Below are positions 1 through 9,174 of a DNA stretch of 64,000 nt, piece after piece. Source of the DNA: a virus; IMG/VR virus record IMGVR_UViG_3300017788_003020, positions 15,625 through 79,624 of that record, one strand, 5' to 3'. Position numbers and translations under genes: made by a program. Below the pieces are notes generated by a model. That model saw nothing but the letters and a program-made list of their open reading frames with translations. It did not search any database and was not told the origin of the DNA. Numbering within the stretch: the stretch's first letter is position 1; each line of letters begins with the position of its first letter.

Positions 1-44
1 TCGGATATTGAACTATAATTTTCAAATAATTTGATATATTTCAT
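1..44 (-). CDS. 5' end of a gene running off the left edge (MKYIKLFENYSSIS...), carrying the capsid-targeting-like N-terminal motif
   Basis: ATG at 44 on the minus strand, translated by hand; GATATATA (minus, 66-73) just upstream. Confidence 0.7.
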   Translation of the reverse strand, partial: MKYIKLFENYSSIS

Positions 45-81
45 TTGTAAATTTATATTTGTATGTATATATCTATATAAA

Positions 82-118
82 ACAAAACCCCAACCATATT
101 TTGGTTGAGGTCTTGTTT
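82..118 (-). terminator. Probable intrinsic terminator downstream of 147..1367
   Basis: CAACC/GGTTG stem with extended imperfect pairing; T-rich tail on the minus strand. Confidence 0.5.
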
Positions 119-146
119 ATTAGAAGGTGCTTATTATTCTTTGGTA

Positions 147-1367
147 TTATTGGATAACCATCCAATTTGTTCCTGTATACCACAATGTTCTTGATTGACC
201 TGCTGGAATAACAACATTCAAGAATGTATCAATACTCCAAGTAACGCCATTAAGGGTTACAACATTTGCTGTAGAACCATTGTGTATAGTAACCAATTGA
301 CCCATAATTGGATTTGTAATAGTTACCATATTATAGTCTACTGCAACACGGCTAACAATGTAGCGTGATGTATTTGAAAGAGTTGCAGGTGAAATTGTGT
401 GAAGTTGCACAGAACTTGTAAAATGATGTGGATTTACAGCCCATGTGAGACCACTTACACCAGCCATTGCATAAGAACCAATGGTAGCAGAGTTTCCACC
501 ATGAAGAGCGTTCAATTTAACAGAACCATTTTTGAAGTGACTCGCTACAATCACTGAATCTTGAAGATTGCTTGCGATTGAAGAAGTTGCTGAATGCCCT
601 GCATTAAGAGCATATTGTGCTGTATCTGAATGAACAGAGTGATTTGCATTTACAGCATACAGGGAAGAATCAGAACGATAAGAACGACCAGCAGTTCCTG
701 CATAAAATGCGGTATCTGCAATATCTGCTCTTCCTGAACTTGCTGAATATCCTGAAACTTTTGCATAAATTGCAAGAAGAGCTACATCAGAAGTATCAGC
801 AAATGCTGAGTGAACAGAGTGTTTAGAGTTGATTGCAGAATCTGCAATAGAACTACGAACTGAATGAGCGGATTTCACAGAAGAATCTGCTACACCAGAA
901 ACTAAACTTCTTAGTGACAGAACAGATGTATCTGCGATTCCTGCTCGTCTTGCTACAACAGCTCTTTCAGCATTAACTGCATTTTGTGCAAGTTCTGCTT
1001 TGCTACTGAATCTTGAAGAAACAGCATAAGGAACTTTATGCAAAGCAAGTTTTCCAAGAGAAACTCCATTTACATAAGCATAAACAAAGATATTTCCTTG
1101 ATTTCTTGTAAAAATAGAATCTGCAATGTTTTCTAAAAGAACATTAATCATTCCATTATTTACACTAACTGATTTTTCTTCAACATACCAGAATGCTGAT
1201 GTGTTTAAGTGTGAGTTCTCATTAAAAGAACTATCTGCGAGATAAGCTGAAAATTTAATTTCATTGCTAACTCCAGAAGGAACATGTGCTTGATATTGCA
1301 AATCTGTTGTTTGAGCGGACAGATTAACTGCGATAAGCGTAAGAAACGCAATCAAAAAGGTTTTCAT
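147..1367 (-). CDS. Secreted fibre/adhesin-like protein of Bacteroidota type (signal peptide, YQA...VPYA N-domain, Ala-periodic stalk, small beta C-domain)
   Basis: Sec signal MKTFLIAFLTLIAVNLSAQ; LQYQA and KVPYA motifs; repeated ADSA/ADTA/AxxA pattern. Confidence 0.6.
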   Translation of the reverse strand: MKTFLIAFLTLIAVNLSAQTTDLQYQAHVPSGVSNEIKFSAYLADSSFNENSHLNTSAFWYVEEKSVSVNNGMINVLLENIADSIFTRNQGNIFVYAYVNGVSLGKLALHKVPYAVSSRFSSKAELAQNAVNAERAVVARRAGIADTSVLSLRSLVSGVADSSVKSAHSVRSSIADSAINSKHSVHSAFADTSDVALLAIYAKVSGYSASSGRADIADTAFYAGTAGRSYRSDSSLYAVNANHSVHSDTAQYALNAGHSATSSIASNLQDSVIVASHFKNGSVKLNALHGGNSATIGSYAMAGVSGLTWAVNPHHFTSSVQLHTISPATLSNTSRYIVSRVAVDYNMVTITNPIMGQLVTIHNGSTANVVTLNGVTWSIDTFLNVVIPAGQSRTLWYTGTNWMVIQ

Positions 1368-1382
1368 TAAATCCTCGTATTT

Positions 1383-1835
1383 TTAGTTAAAAATGACTCT
1401 TGATGAGTAAACTTTATCGTTTGTTGTGGTGAATGTGATATAAAATACGCCTCTATAAGGAAGAGTGATTTTACGAGCTGACAAATCATATGCATTTGTG
1501 ATGATTGTTCCGTAGATGTCATAAATCAAAATAGACTTAACATCATCCATCATAAAAAATACAGTTTCTTGATTTGTCGGGTTTGGATATACAGTAGAAA
1601 TATATGAAATTTCTTTACCTGAAAAATCTTCAACAGAAGTTGTTAGTCTTCTTGGTATTCTAATTCCAATATGATTTCCATTTTTATATCCTGCTATTAC
1701 CTGACCGATAGTAGCGTTGTTATTACCACCTGTTACTACTTTTTTGAACAAGTCGATGGTATAACATGAATATGTAGTAGTATATGTAACTACACACAGA
1801 AAAAGCGCAATGATATACTTCATTGTGGTCTCCAT
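1383..1835 (-). CDS. Small T9SS type A sorting-domain (CTD) protein
   Basis: Signal peptide (likely start MKYII at 1823); TSVED linker, then VYPNPT, IYDIYG and GVFYI motifs typical of a T9SS CTD. Confidence 0.75.
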   Translation of the reverse strand: METTMKYIIALFLCVVTYTTTYSCYTIDLFKKVVTGGNNNATIGQVIAGYKNGNHIGIRIPRRLTTSVEDFSGKEISYISTVYPNPTNQETVFFMMDDVKSILIYDIYGTIITNAYDLSARKITLPYRGVFYITFTTTNDKVYSSRVIFN

Positions 1836-1972
1836 TCATTTATGTTTATTAGATTGCATCATAGTTTATATAAAGAGTTGGAAAAAAGTTCAATTTAATC
1901 GGAAACTATTTTTTAAGTTTTAAGTTCGATATATAAGATTATCTGGTATAAACATAAATAAAAACCCTTAGA

Positions 1973-2392
1973 ATGGACTTGATGAACAGAAAATTTACTA
2001 TTAATTTAACTACCCTTATAGGCATAATATCAGCCATATCTACAATTATTGGGGGGTACTGGTATTTCAAAAACACGATAGAAACAACAAGAGATGGTAT
2101 AAAATCAGCAAATGAAAACTACAAAGAACTTAAAAACGAAATACAACTTTTAAGAGAAAGGTTATATGAAATGGCTATTACCTATAATAAAAATGTCCAG
2201 CTTGAAAATGAGATACATCCAGATAAAAAAATCAGAAGAAGTTATACAAAATATGAAGAAGATACTGTTATAACCCCTCCTTTTAGGATGGTTCCTGAAG
2301 AAAAAAGGATAAAACCTGTAATGGATACGATAGACATATCAAAGATAAAGATAAAACCAAATATTCAATTACCTATTAAACTAAAAAAATAA
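1973..2392 (+). CDS. Hypothetical membrane protein (N-terminal TM plus coiled coil)
   Basis: ORF; hydrophobic segment LTTLIGIISAISTIIGGYWYF; GATATATA upstream. Confidence 0.6.
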   Translation: MDLMNRKFTINLTTLIGIISAISTIIGGYWYFKNTIETTRDGIKSANENYKELKNEIQLLRERLYEMAITYNKNVQLENEIHPDKKIRRSYTKYEEDTVITPPFRMVPEEKRIKPVMDTIDISKIKIKPNIQLPIKLKK

Positions 2393-2425
2393 AAAAGCCC
2401 CTAAAAGTATTTATTTAGGGACTTT
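2391..2425. terminator. Bidirectional intrinsic terminator
   Basis: AAAAAAGCCCCTAAA...TTTAGGGACTTT between converging transcripts. Confidence 0.7.
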
Positions 2426-2430
2426 ATATA

Positions 2431-2651
2431 TGGTTGCGCCAGAAACGAAACAACGATATTTAAGTGCAGTGAGAAAAATCTAAGAAAAATCTACACTCAT
2501 CGCAGGGAAAATTACTTTTACCCTTTTCCGCCAAACTATTCTTCTGGATGGACTAAGGAGTTTATATCTTAAAACATAAAAGAACTAAGTTTTAGATATA
2601 AAGGCGGTTTCCATAGCATTAGGAGATTTAATACTCACAAGCTCAATTCCT
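2431..2651 (-). ncRNA. Candidate structured non-coding RNA (~220 nt), family unknown
   Basis: Own promoter (TTTG 2686-2683, TATATTTG 2662-2655) and terminator; no ORF; at least five helices whose G-U pairs and GUAA tetraloop occur only on the minus strand. Confidence 0.6.
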
Positions 2652-2706
2652 GTACAAATATAAAGAACTTTCCAATAAAGTTCAAATTTTTCTGAAAATT
2701 TTATTT

Positions 2707-2737
2707 TTTGTTTTCCCGATTCTTTTTATTAGATTTG
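2707..2737 (+). promoter_or_regulatory. Bacteroidota sigma70-type promoter (TTTG-N19-TAGATTTG)
   Basis: Matches the -33/-7 consensus, upstream of 2799. Confidence 0.75.
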
Positions 2738-2798
2738 TAACAATAGTGATATTAAACGATATTAGTTAAAACATAACGATAATTTAGAGGGTTTATTT

Positions 2799-3689
2799 AT
2801 GATTCAAAACACCAGAATACCTCAAGGGTATGATAGCCTAAAACGCTATAATGAAAGAGAGCAGTATGAAAATGCTATCTTAGACTATTATCACAAAAAC
2901 AAAAATTATCAAAACCTTGTTTTATGTGAAAATGGAGATTTCTTTTATATAGACTATTCTAATAGAGGCAAAGCCTTTGATAGAAAGGATAGTAACTATA
3001 TTGGCTCTATTTATGATGATAAGATAAATTTCGCAACGGCTAAGTTCATCTATGATTATAATTATATGTCAAATTATGATTGGGCAGTAAAACTTAAAAA
3101 GCATATTTCAAGATGGATTGATGAAATAAGAATAAAACAATCAAATAATACAGATTCTGTTTACTTAATGTTCAAACTCCCACAGAATGAAAAGCAATAT
3201 TCTGTTAGATTTTCAGACCATAGCGATAGAAAATTTATCGCAGATTTTAATTTTGCAATTCCTCTTGGTTCAAACTTAAATGGTAAAAATTGGGATGATT
3301 TGATTAATTGGTTTGATTTTTTGCTCAACAACAATATTGTTACCCTTAGTCAGCCTTATTTATACCATGCTACATATGCTCCTTTAATTGAGAGTATTAA
3401 AAGAAATGGGATAGATAGTTCTTTATCTGAATTTAATTGGATAGACTCTAAAATAGGTGTGAATTATCTTTCAAGAGACCCTATGATGGCTTATAATTAC
3501 GCAAAAGTTTCATCTATCGTTCCTGAGTCTTATTTAAGAGATATAGTCGTTTTGACTATTTCTTCAAGTAAATTAGATAAAACTAAGTTGTTTTCGCCGA
3601 CAAATACAACTTGTTTTGATGATAATTCTACGATTGAATGTAGAGATTTCATACCATATGAAAGTATATTAAAAATTGAGAAGTATTGA
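2799..3689 (+). CDS. Protein with a C-terminal ADP-ribosyltransferase-fold (Tpt1/KptA-like) domain
   Basis: YLYHAT..IESIKRNGI, NYLSRDPMMAYNYA, VVLTI and IPYESI pattern; N-terminal part has a VRFSDH motif. Confidence 0.55.
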   Translation: MIQNTRIPQGYDSLKRYNEREQYENAILDYYHKNKNYQNLVLCENGDFFYIDYSNRGKAFDRKDSNYIGSIYDDKINFATAKFIYDYNYMSNYDWAVKLKKHISRWIDEIRIKQSNNTDSVYLMFKLPQNEKQYSVRFSDHSDRKFIADFNFAIPLGSNLNGKNWDDLINWFDFLLNNNIVTLSQPYLYHATYAPLIESIKRNGIDSSLSEFNWIDSKIGVNYLSRDPMMAYNYAKVSSIVPESYLRDIVVLTISSSKLDKTKLFSPTNTTCFDDNSTIECRDFIPYESILKIEKY

Positions 3690-3719
3690 TTTGATATATA
3701 GAGAAAATAAATTTTTCCT

Positions 3720-4421
3720 ATGAAATATATCAAAATCTATGAATCTTGGGTAAATGAAGCAGAAGCCACAAAATTTGATGTAAGTAAGCCACAAGCATAT
3801 CCTATGTTAAAAATAACACAAGGAGAACTTTATACAGGAAATGAAGAAAACTTCAGAAAAACCTTGGCAAGTCTTTATAGCAGAGGTATAGAAAAGAAAG
3901 AAGTCAGTGAGACTGACCCATATGGTGTTATTAATTTTTTTAATATAAAGATAAAGTCAATAGATTCTAAAAAAAACTCAATGTCTTTTAAGTTCGCAAA
4001 AGCCCAACAAGATGTTTCTATAACAACTGAATTGAAAGTTACCGCTGGATTTACAAGCGTGATGAATGAAATGGGATATGATATAAAGTCCGAGTCGGGT
4101 TTAGAACAAATAAAAAATGCTTTTTTAGTTTATCCCAAAGCAACTGATAAATCAAAAGTAATCACAAAATCTGAAGATGGTTCTATAAAAGTATCCACAG
4201 AATCCGCAGTCATAGTAATTTTACCCAAAGAACCTTACGATAAAGAAGACTTAGCTATAAATTTAGATAGTTTATGTATAGCAAAAGGAGAAGCGAAAGA
4301 TTGTGTTGTAGGTCAATCTTCTGCTTATATTGCTCTTGAATTCAAAATTCCAGGTGCATTATCTTCAACTCAATATGGGGATGATAAATTCTTCACAAAG
4401 ACTATATTCAAAAAAGCGTAA
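3720..4421 (+). CDS. Hypothetical protein with capsid-targeting-like N-terminus (MKYIKIYESWVNE)
   Basis: ORF; GATATATA at 3693-3700. Confidence 0.7.
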   Translation: MKYIKIYESWVNEAEATKFDVSKPQAYPMLKITQGELYTGNEENFRKTLASLYSRGIEKKEVSETDPYGVINFFNIKIKSIDSKKNSMSFKFAKAQQDVSITTELKVTAGFTSVMNEMGYDIKSESGLEQIKNAFLVYPKATDKSKVITKSEDGSIKVSTESAVIVILPKEPYDKEDLAINLDSLCIAKGEAKDCVVGQSSAYIALEFKIPGALSSTQYGDDKFFTKTIFKKA

Positions 4422-4437
4422 AAATAATATTACTTAT

Positions 4438-4593
4438 ATGAATTACAATTCTGAATTTGATTTCGAAGATACAGGTGATTTAGTATGTTGGGATACTGTA
4501 TATTATGCAACAACAACTTCAAACAAAAAGATAAATATAGTTTATACACAATCTGAAAAATCTGAACATCCCGTTGAACATAATCAAAAGTAA
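4438..4593 (+). CDS. Small hypothetical protein
   Basis: ATG just after the stop of the previous gene; 51 aa. Confidence 0.4.
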   Translation: MNYNSEFDFEDTGDLVCWDTVYYATTTSNKKINIVYTQSEKSEHPVEHNQK

Positions 4594-4649
4594 CAACTAT
4601 ATTCTGTAAATTGAGTTAATTTCTATAAACAGATTATATTGGTTAATTT

Positions 4650-4919
4650 ATGAAAGTATATGAGCCTCTTTGTTGGATATGGGATGATTATTCAGCATCA
4701 ACTATCGATGTAAAAGAAATGGGTCTTTATTCAACAATAGAACTCGCAAAAGAAAAGATTGAATCTTTCTACAAAGAAATGATGTCTCCCTCGGAAAAGG
4801 TATTAAGGCTAAATGAAGATATAAAAGTCCAAAATGAAGATAGATACAACCTATCTGTATTTACAAATAAATATGAATTTCATTTTAGAGTTATAGAACG
4901 AGAACTCATTTTAGAATGA
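4650..4919 (+). CDS. Hypothetical protein
   Basis: ORF. Confidence 0.6.
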   Translation: MKVYEPLCWIWDDYSASTIDVKEMGLYSTIELAKEKIESFYKEMMSPSEKVLRLNEDIKVQNEDRYNLSVFTNKYEFHFRVIERELILE

Positions 4920-4955
4920 GTCTCTTAGATTAAATCACAGTTAAAGGAAAGCACT

Positions 4956-5207
4956 ATGATGCTTGACATTAAAAATGACCATATGATGCGTATGGAGTTT
5001 GATGAAAATACCCTGTTAAAAATGGGTTTTACTATTTCTTATTTAGGTAAAGAAAATAGTTATACAATATCGACAAAACAAAAGGGAACTCATTTCATCT
5101 TGCAAAAGGATGGAACTTTGCTTGTTCATGATGAATACGATACAATCAAATTAGCTAAGGTAGAAAACTTAGAGGAATTGAATCAGATTATTGGTCTCTT
5201 TTGCTGA
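4956..5207 (+). CDS. Hypothetical protein
   Basis: ORF with AAGGA upstream. Confidence 0.6.
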   Translation: MMLDIKNDHMMRMEFDENTLLKMGFTISYLGKENSYTISTKQKGTHFILQKDGTLLVHDEYDTIKLAKVENLEELNQIIGLFC

Positions 5208-5232
5208 TTTTACTTTACATGTTTTGTAAAAC

Positions 5233-5263
5233 AAAAACCCCAGAATTTCTGGGGTTTTCTTTT
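5233..5263. terminator. Bidirectional intrinsic terminator
   Basis: AAAAACCCCAGAATTTCTGGGGTTTTCTTTT inverted repeat. Confidence 0.8.
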
Positions 5264-5267
5264 AATA

Positions 5268-5474
5268 TTAAAGTATAGAACGAAATGTTCTGAAAACATT
5301 CCAAAAAATCGGAGCATATTTAATGATGATATATGCTGATGTTGAATAATATAATATGGATATAATTATAGATATAACCCTAAGCTTTTTTTCCAAATCG
5401 GGTTTGTTTTTAATACGAATCTCTAAAAAAAGTTTAGCGATTGATATTACTGACAGAAATAACAGTAAAAGCAT
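5268..5474 (-). CDS. Small two-TM membrane protein
   Basis: Two hydrophobic stretches; converges on the terminator. Confidence 0.45.
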   Translation of the reverse strand: MLLLLFLSVISIAKLFLEIRIKNKPDLEKKLRVISIIISILYYSTSAYIIIKYAPIFWNVFRTFRSIL

Positions 5475-5541
5475 GATATTTGATATTTTTAATTTGAACT
5501 TTTCTATTTAGAATATATACCAGCAAACAAATAAAGTTCTT

Positions 5542-5892
5542 ATGAAATCAAAAAAATACATATTTAAGTATGAAGAGTTACATGAAACAATACATAGAAC
5601 TCTTACAAAATTAAAGCTCATAATAACAGCAGAAACAATACTATTCAAAGATAAAGAATTCAGAAATGGACTAAACAATACTTTATACAGAAATGCCCTT
5701 TCTTACAAATTAGTTGAGTCTTACCCTAATAAATTAATATACTCAATTCAAATAGACTACAGTAAATTCAAAATTTTAACTGATTTTTCAAATAACATAA
5801 CAAGAGACATAAATGTAATGTTAGATACAAAAGGATTAAAGGGGGCAGAATCTTCAGTAGACCATCACAGGATTTGGATAAAACTTCCATAA
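5542..5892 (+). CDS. Hypothetical protein
   Basis: ORF; AATATATA at 5512-5519. Confidence 0.6.
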   Translation: MKSKKYIFKYEELHETIHRTLTKLKLIITAETILFKDKEFRNGLNNTLYRNALSYKLVESYPNKLIYSIQIDYSKFKILTDFSNNITRDINVMLDTKGLKGAESSVDHHRIWIKLP

Positions 5893-5960
5893 TTTTTTTT
5901 GAACTAAATCGGCTATTTTTCTATAAATAATAAGTATTAACTTAAAATATAAGGTAAGCT

Positions 5961-6908
5961 ATGCCTCAAGGTTCTTATTTAGATTCCAAATTTTATATTC
6001 TGTTGATTGAAAACAAATACTTTCTAACTTCTGAATTGTATAGAAAGGAAAAACCTCTCGATGAGTTTTTTTCAAATAGATGTTTTTTAACAACTGAGTC
6101 TGATATTATTTCTGCGGTTTCAATCTATAAAAGCATCAAAGATAAAGTTTCAGCTTCTATGTATATGTATACTTATGATTCTGAGGCTATTACAAAATCA
6201 AGAAAAATTCTTGAAGATTTTGAAATAGATAATCTTATGGATAATGTCTTATCTCATTATATCCCTGATGTTTTTTCTTTACAGCCCATAATCAAAGAGA
6301 TTACATTGGAATCTTTAAGAAGCACAGAAATCTATAAAATGCTATGCGAAGCTCATACTTCACCAGAAGGAAATCTATTAGAGAATATTGTAAACTTAGA
6401 AACAACAAATGCTCAAATTTCCTTTTTTAAGTATGCCTTAAATATAATAAAGAATCAAAATATTGAAGGTTGTCTTTTAGAAGTAGGGACAAATAAAGGA
6501 TTCTTTGGATATATTGCTTCAACTATTTTGGGAAAAAGAACTTTGCATACAGTAGATGTAAATATGGAAAGTTCGAAGGTAGTTCCAATTCTTGCAAAAA
6601 TGGGTATGAATGTTATATTTAACTGTGGTGATTCAACACATATATTAAATAACTACACGATAGACGAACCTGTAGCATTTGCTTGGGTAGATGGTGGTCA
6701 TAAATACGAAGAAGCTTTATCTGATTTAAGAAATGCCGCAAGACTTGGGGCAAAATACATTGCTCTGGATGATGTTAAATTTTTCCGTGGTAAAGTAAAT
6801 ACCGCATATATTGATTTCTTGACTGAACATCAAGAATATATGAACATAGATAATCCTTATTGGGAACATGATGATGTTGGAATAGCTTGGTGTAAATTAA
6901 CAGATTAA
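5961..6908 (+). CDS. Class I SAM-dependent methyltransferase (Methyltransf_24-like C-domain)
   Basis: LLEVGTNKG, GDS, WVDGGHKYE, IALDD motifs. Confidence 0.8.
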   Translation: MPQGSYLDSKFYILLIENKYFLTSELYRKEKPLDEFFSNRCFLTTESDIISAVSIYKSIKDKVSASMYMYTYDSEAITKSRKILEDFEIDNLMDNVLSHYIPDVFSLQPIIKEITLESLRSTEIYKMLCEAHTSPEGNLLENIVNLETTNAQISFFKYALNIIKNQNIEGCLLEVGTNKGFFGYIASTILGKRTLHTVDVNMESSKVVPILAKMGMNVIFNCGDSTHILNNYTIDEPVAFAWVDGGHKYEEALSDLRNAARLGAKYIALDDVKFFRGKVNTAYIDFLTEHQEYMNIDNPYWEHDDVGIAWCKLTD

Positions 6909-6909
6909 T

Positions 6910-7233
6910 TCACATCTTATCTTCATAATAAAATGAAGTAAACTTTTTTATTGTGATTAAACCAAATTTTTCGGCTACTTTCACGATATAGAGCTTAGAA
7001 ATCTTATTATGAATATTTTGCATCATAGACTTGAATTTGAATATATTTGAATGCCCCTTATAGTGATTACATATTTCACAACTTGGCATTAAATTTTCAA
7101 ATTCCTCAGTTCCACCTAATTTTTTAGGAATAAAGTGGTCAATTTTTAAGTCTTTATATTCTAAATAATTACCACAATAAGCACATTTTCCATCAAATTT
7201 TCTGTACACTAATTTTCTTAAATCTTTATTCAT
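6910..7233 (-). CDS. HNH endonuclease
   Basis: CAYCG...IDHFIP...NLMPSCEICNHYK; likely start MNKDLRK at 7233. Confidence 0.85.
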   Translation of the reverse strand: MNKDLRKLVYRKFDGKCAYCGNYLEYKDLKIDHFIPKKLGGTEEFENLMPSCEICNHYKGHSNIFKFKSMMQNIHNKISKLYIVKVAEKFGLITIKKFTSFYYEDKM

Positions 7234-7423
7234 AAAAGAAAGTTTTTGTATATTGCTCACATGGAACATTTACTCTATATACTTCAATCTATACAGACTT
7301 TTCTTAAGTCAAGGGAGTTTGTGGATTATAACATTTATTTTTGTGTTTTTGTGATAAGCATGTTTTTTTATTTGTTCGTAGCTTATCCAATACTGTTAAA
7401 TTATATAAAAAAGGAAAAAGATT

Positions 7424-7675
7424 ATGCAGATGATTAAAGAAAAAATAGTAAGATTCGTAGAGGCATTTGAGTTTGTTCAAAAACATCAAATTTTGAATGC
7501 TTTAGAGATGTATAATGTAGAACGAGTTCAAAATTGTATAAATGAACTGGTTAGCGAAGATGCTCTTGCTATGAAAGAAAATCCAATTGATGGGACTTGG
7601 CATTACTATCTTTCTTATATGTACAAGAATAGTCCAAATTTTAATTATCTAAAACCGCTCGATAAACAAATTTAA
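7424..7675 (+). CDS. Hypothetical protein (possible winged helix)
   Basis: ORF; helical pattern followed by a beta-hairpin. Confidence 0.5.
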   Translation: MQMIKEKIVRFVEAFEFVQKHQILNALEMYNVERVQNCINELVSEDALAMKENPIDGTWHYYLSYMYKNSPNFNYLKPLDKQI

Positions 7676-7678
7676 GTT

Positions 7679-8755
7679 TCATCTGGGTAAAGAAAGAGCA
7701 TGGGGTCTACTTTCATTTATAGATGAATTAGAAACTCTAACATAAGTTGCATTTGTATAAAGGCCAGATAACTTATTCACACCTGAATAAGAGCAACCGC
7801 TCCCTATACTACCTATTATTGACCTCATAGAGTCTCTCAGAGCCCCTTTATATGGAACAACGGTAGAAACTCCCTCTGAGACAGAAACTCCCCCCAGCCA
7901 GTCTTCTTGGGCTTCTTTTGAAGCCATGCCTCTAAATTCCTTCATTGGCGAATTATAGCCATCTCGAATGAGTTCTCCTGGTGATTCATCATAACCACTC
8001 AATAAAGAACCAAGCATAACAGCAGAAGCACCAAATGCAAATGCTTTTACCATATCACCTGTATTTCTTATACCACCATCTGCTATAATAGAATATAATC
8101 CATCTTTTTTATTAAAAATCTCTTCATGATGCTTACAATCCATAATAGAAGAAAGAGTAGGCATTCCGTGGCCTGTTACTATTCTTGTTGTGCAAGCACT
8201 ACCGCCTCCTATCCCAACTCTAACTGAATCAGCACCAGCATTGATTAAATCAATATAAGCTTCATAGGTTGATACATTACCGCACATGATATGAATATGA
8301 GGGTTAACTATTTTTCGAAGCTCTGTGACCGATTCTAATGCCCTTTTTGCATGTCCATTTGCAGTATCTATGCAGATAACATTTGAACCAGCATCTAATA
8401 AACTATAGATTATAGATTTATCTTTTGCTTCCAATAAAGAAACAGCTATTCCTTTATTGCCCTCTACTTTTTTCAAATTTTCTATTCTCTTTTCCACCTC
8501 CATGAATCTATGAATTATGCCAATAGCTCCAGCTTTACTTAATTCTTGAGCCATTTTATATTCACATACAGTATCCATAGGAGATGCTATAATAGGAACT
8601 TTAAGAGAAATTATGGCTTTCTCATTTTTTTCATGACCTAATTTCATCTCTAAATCAACGGAAAAACGGCTTTCTACGTTTGACTTAGATTGGGGGAGAA
8701 GTAAAACATCATCAAAACATAATGCTAATTCAGTTTGTAAATTCTTTTCTCTCAT
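7679..8755 (-). CDS. IMPDH/GMP reductase family enzyme (no CBS domains)
   Basis: FDDVLL, ASPMDTV, IDTANGH, GIGGGSACTTR (catalytic Cys), ADGGIR, GMAS, SEGV. Confidence 0.9.
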   Translation of the reverse strand: MREKNLQTELALCFDDVLLLPQSKSNVESRFSVDLEMKLGHEKNEKAIISLKVPIIASPMDTVCEYKMAQELSKAGAIGIIHRFMEVEKRIENLKKVEGNKGIAVSLLEAKDKSIIYSLLDAGSNVICIDTANGHAKRALESVTELRKIVNPHIHIMCGNVSTYEAYIDLINAGADSVRVGIGGGSACTTRIVTGHGMPTLSSIMDCKHHEEIFNKKDGLYSIIADGGIRNTGDMVKAFAFGASAVMLGSLLSGYDESPGELIRDGYNSPMKEFRGMASKEAQEDWLGGVSVSEGVSTVVPYKGALRDSMRSIIGSIGSGCSYSGVNKLSGLYTNATYVRVSNSSINESRPHALSLPR

Positions 8756-8887
8756 GTTTTTGTTTTGCTATTTTTATGAAACATATCAGGTCTGTAGATT
8801 TATAGAGTTGTTCGGAAAGTTTGTTTATTCTTAAAAAAATTTAGATATATAGGACTATAGATAAAAAACTAAAAAAACCTTATTTTT

Positions 8888-9169
8888 ATGGGAAATGTTC
8901 TTAAATTCGAGGACTATGTTCTTAACGAAGCGAAGAAAACGGTATCTAAAGTAAATGTTAAAGAAGGAAAAATGCATAAACTTTTGGGAGTTCCTTCTGG
9001 AGAAAAGATTGAAGACCATTACAAAACAGGTATGGAATTAGCAAAAGCTTTGGTTAAAGCTCTTAAAGGAGACCAGAAAAAAGCGGCTGGAATGCTTGCT
9101 TGGGCGGCTAATATCCAAAAGCGTGGAGATATTTTCGATAATGCTTTGGCCTCATTAAAAAAAATCTAA
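8888..9169 (+). CDS. Small basic protein with capsid-targeting-like N-terminus (LKFEDYVLNE)
   Basis: ORF; GATATATA at 8844-8851. Confidence 0.7.
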   Translation: MGNVLKFEDYVLNEAKKTVSKVNVKEGKMHKLLGVPSGEKIEDHYKTGMELAKALVKALKGDQKKAAGMLAWAANIQKRGDIFDNALASLKKI

Positions 9170-9174
9170 TAGAA

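Noticed and set aside
6910-7233. HNH as an intron-encoded homing endonuclease
   Set aside because: Flanking genes are intact and no intron structure is apparent; treated as a free-standing HNH
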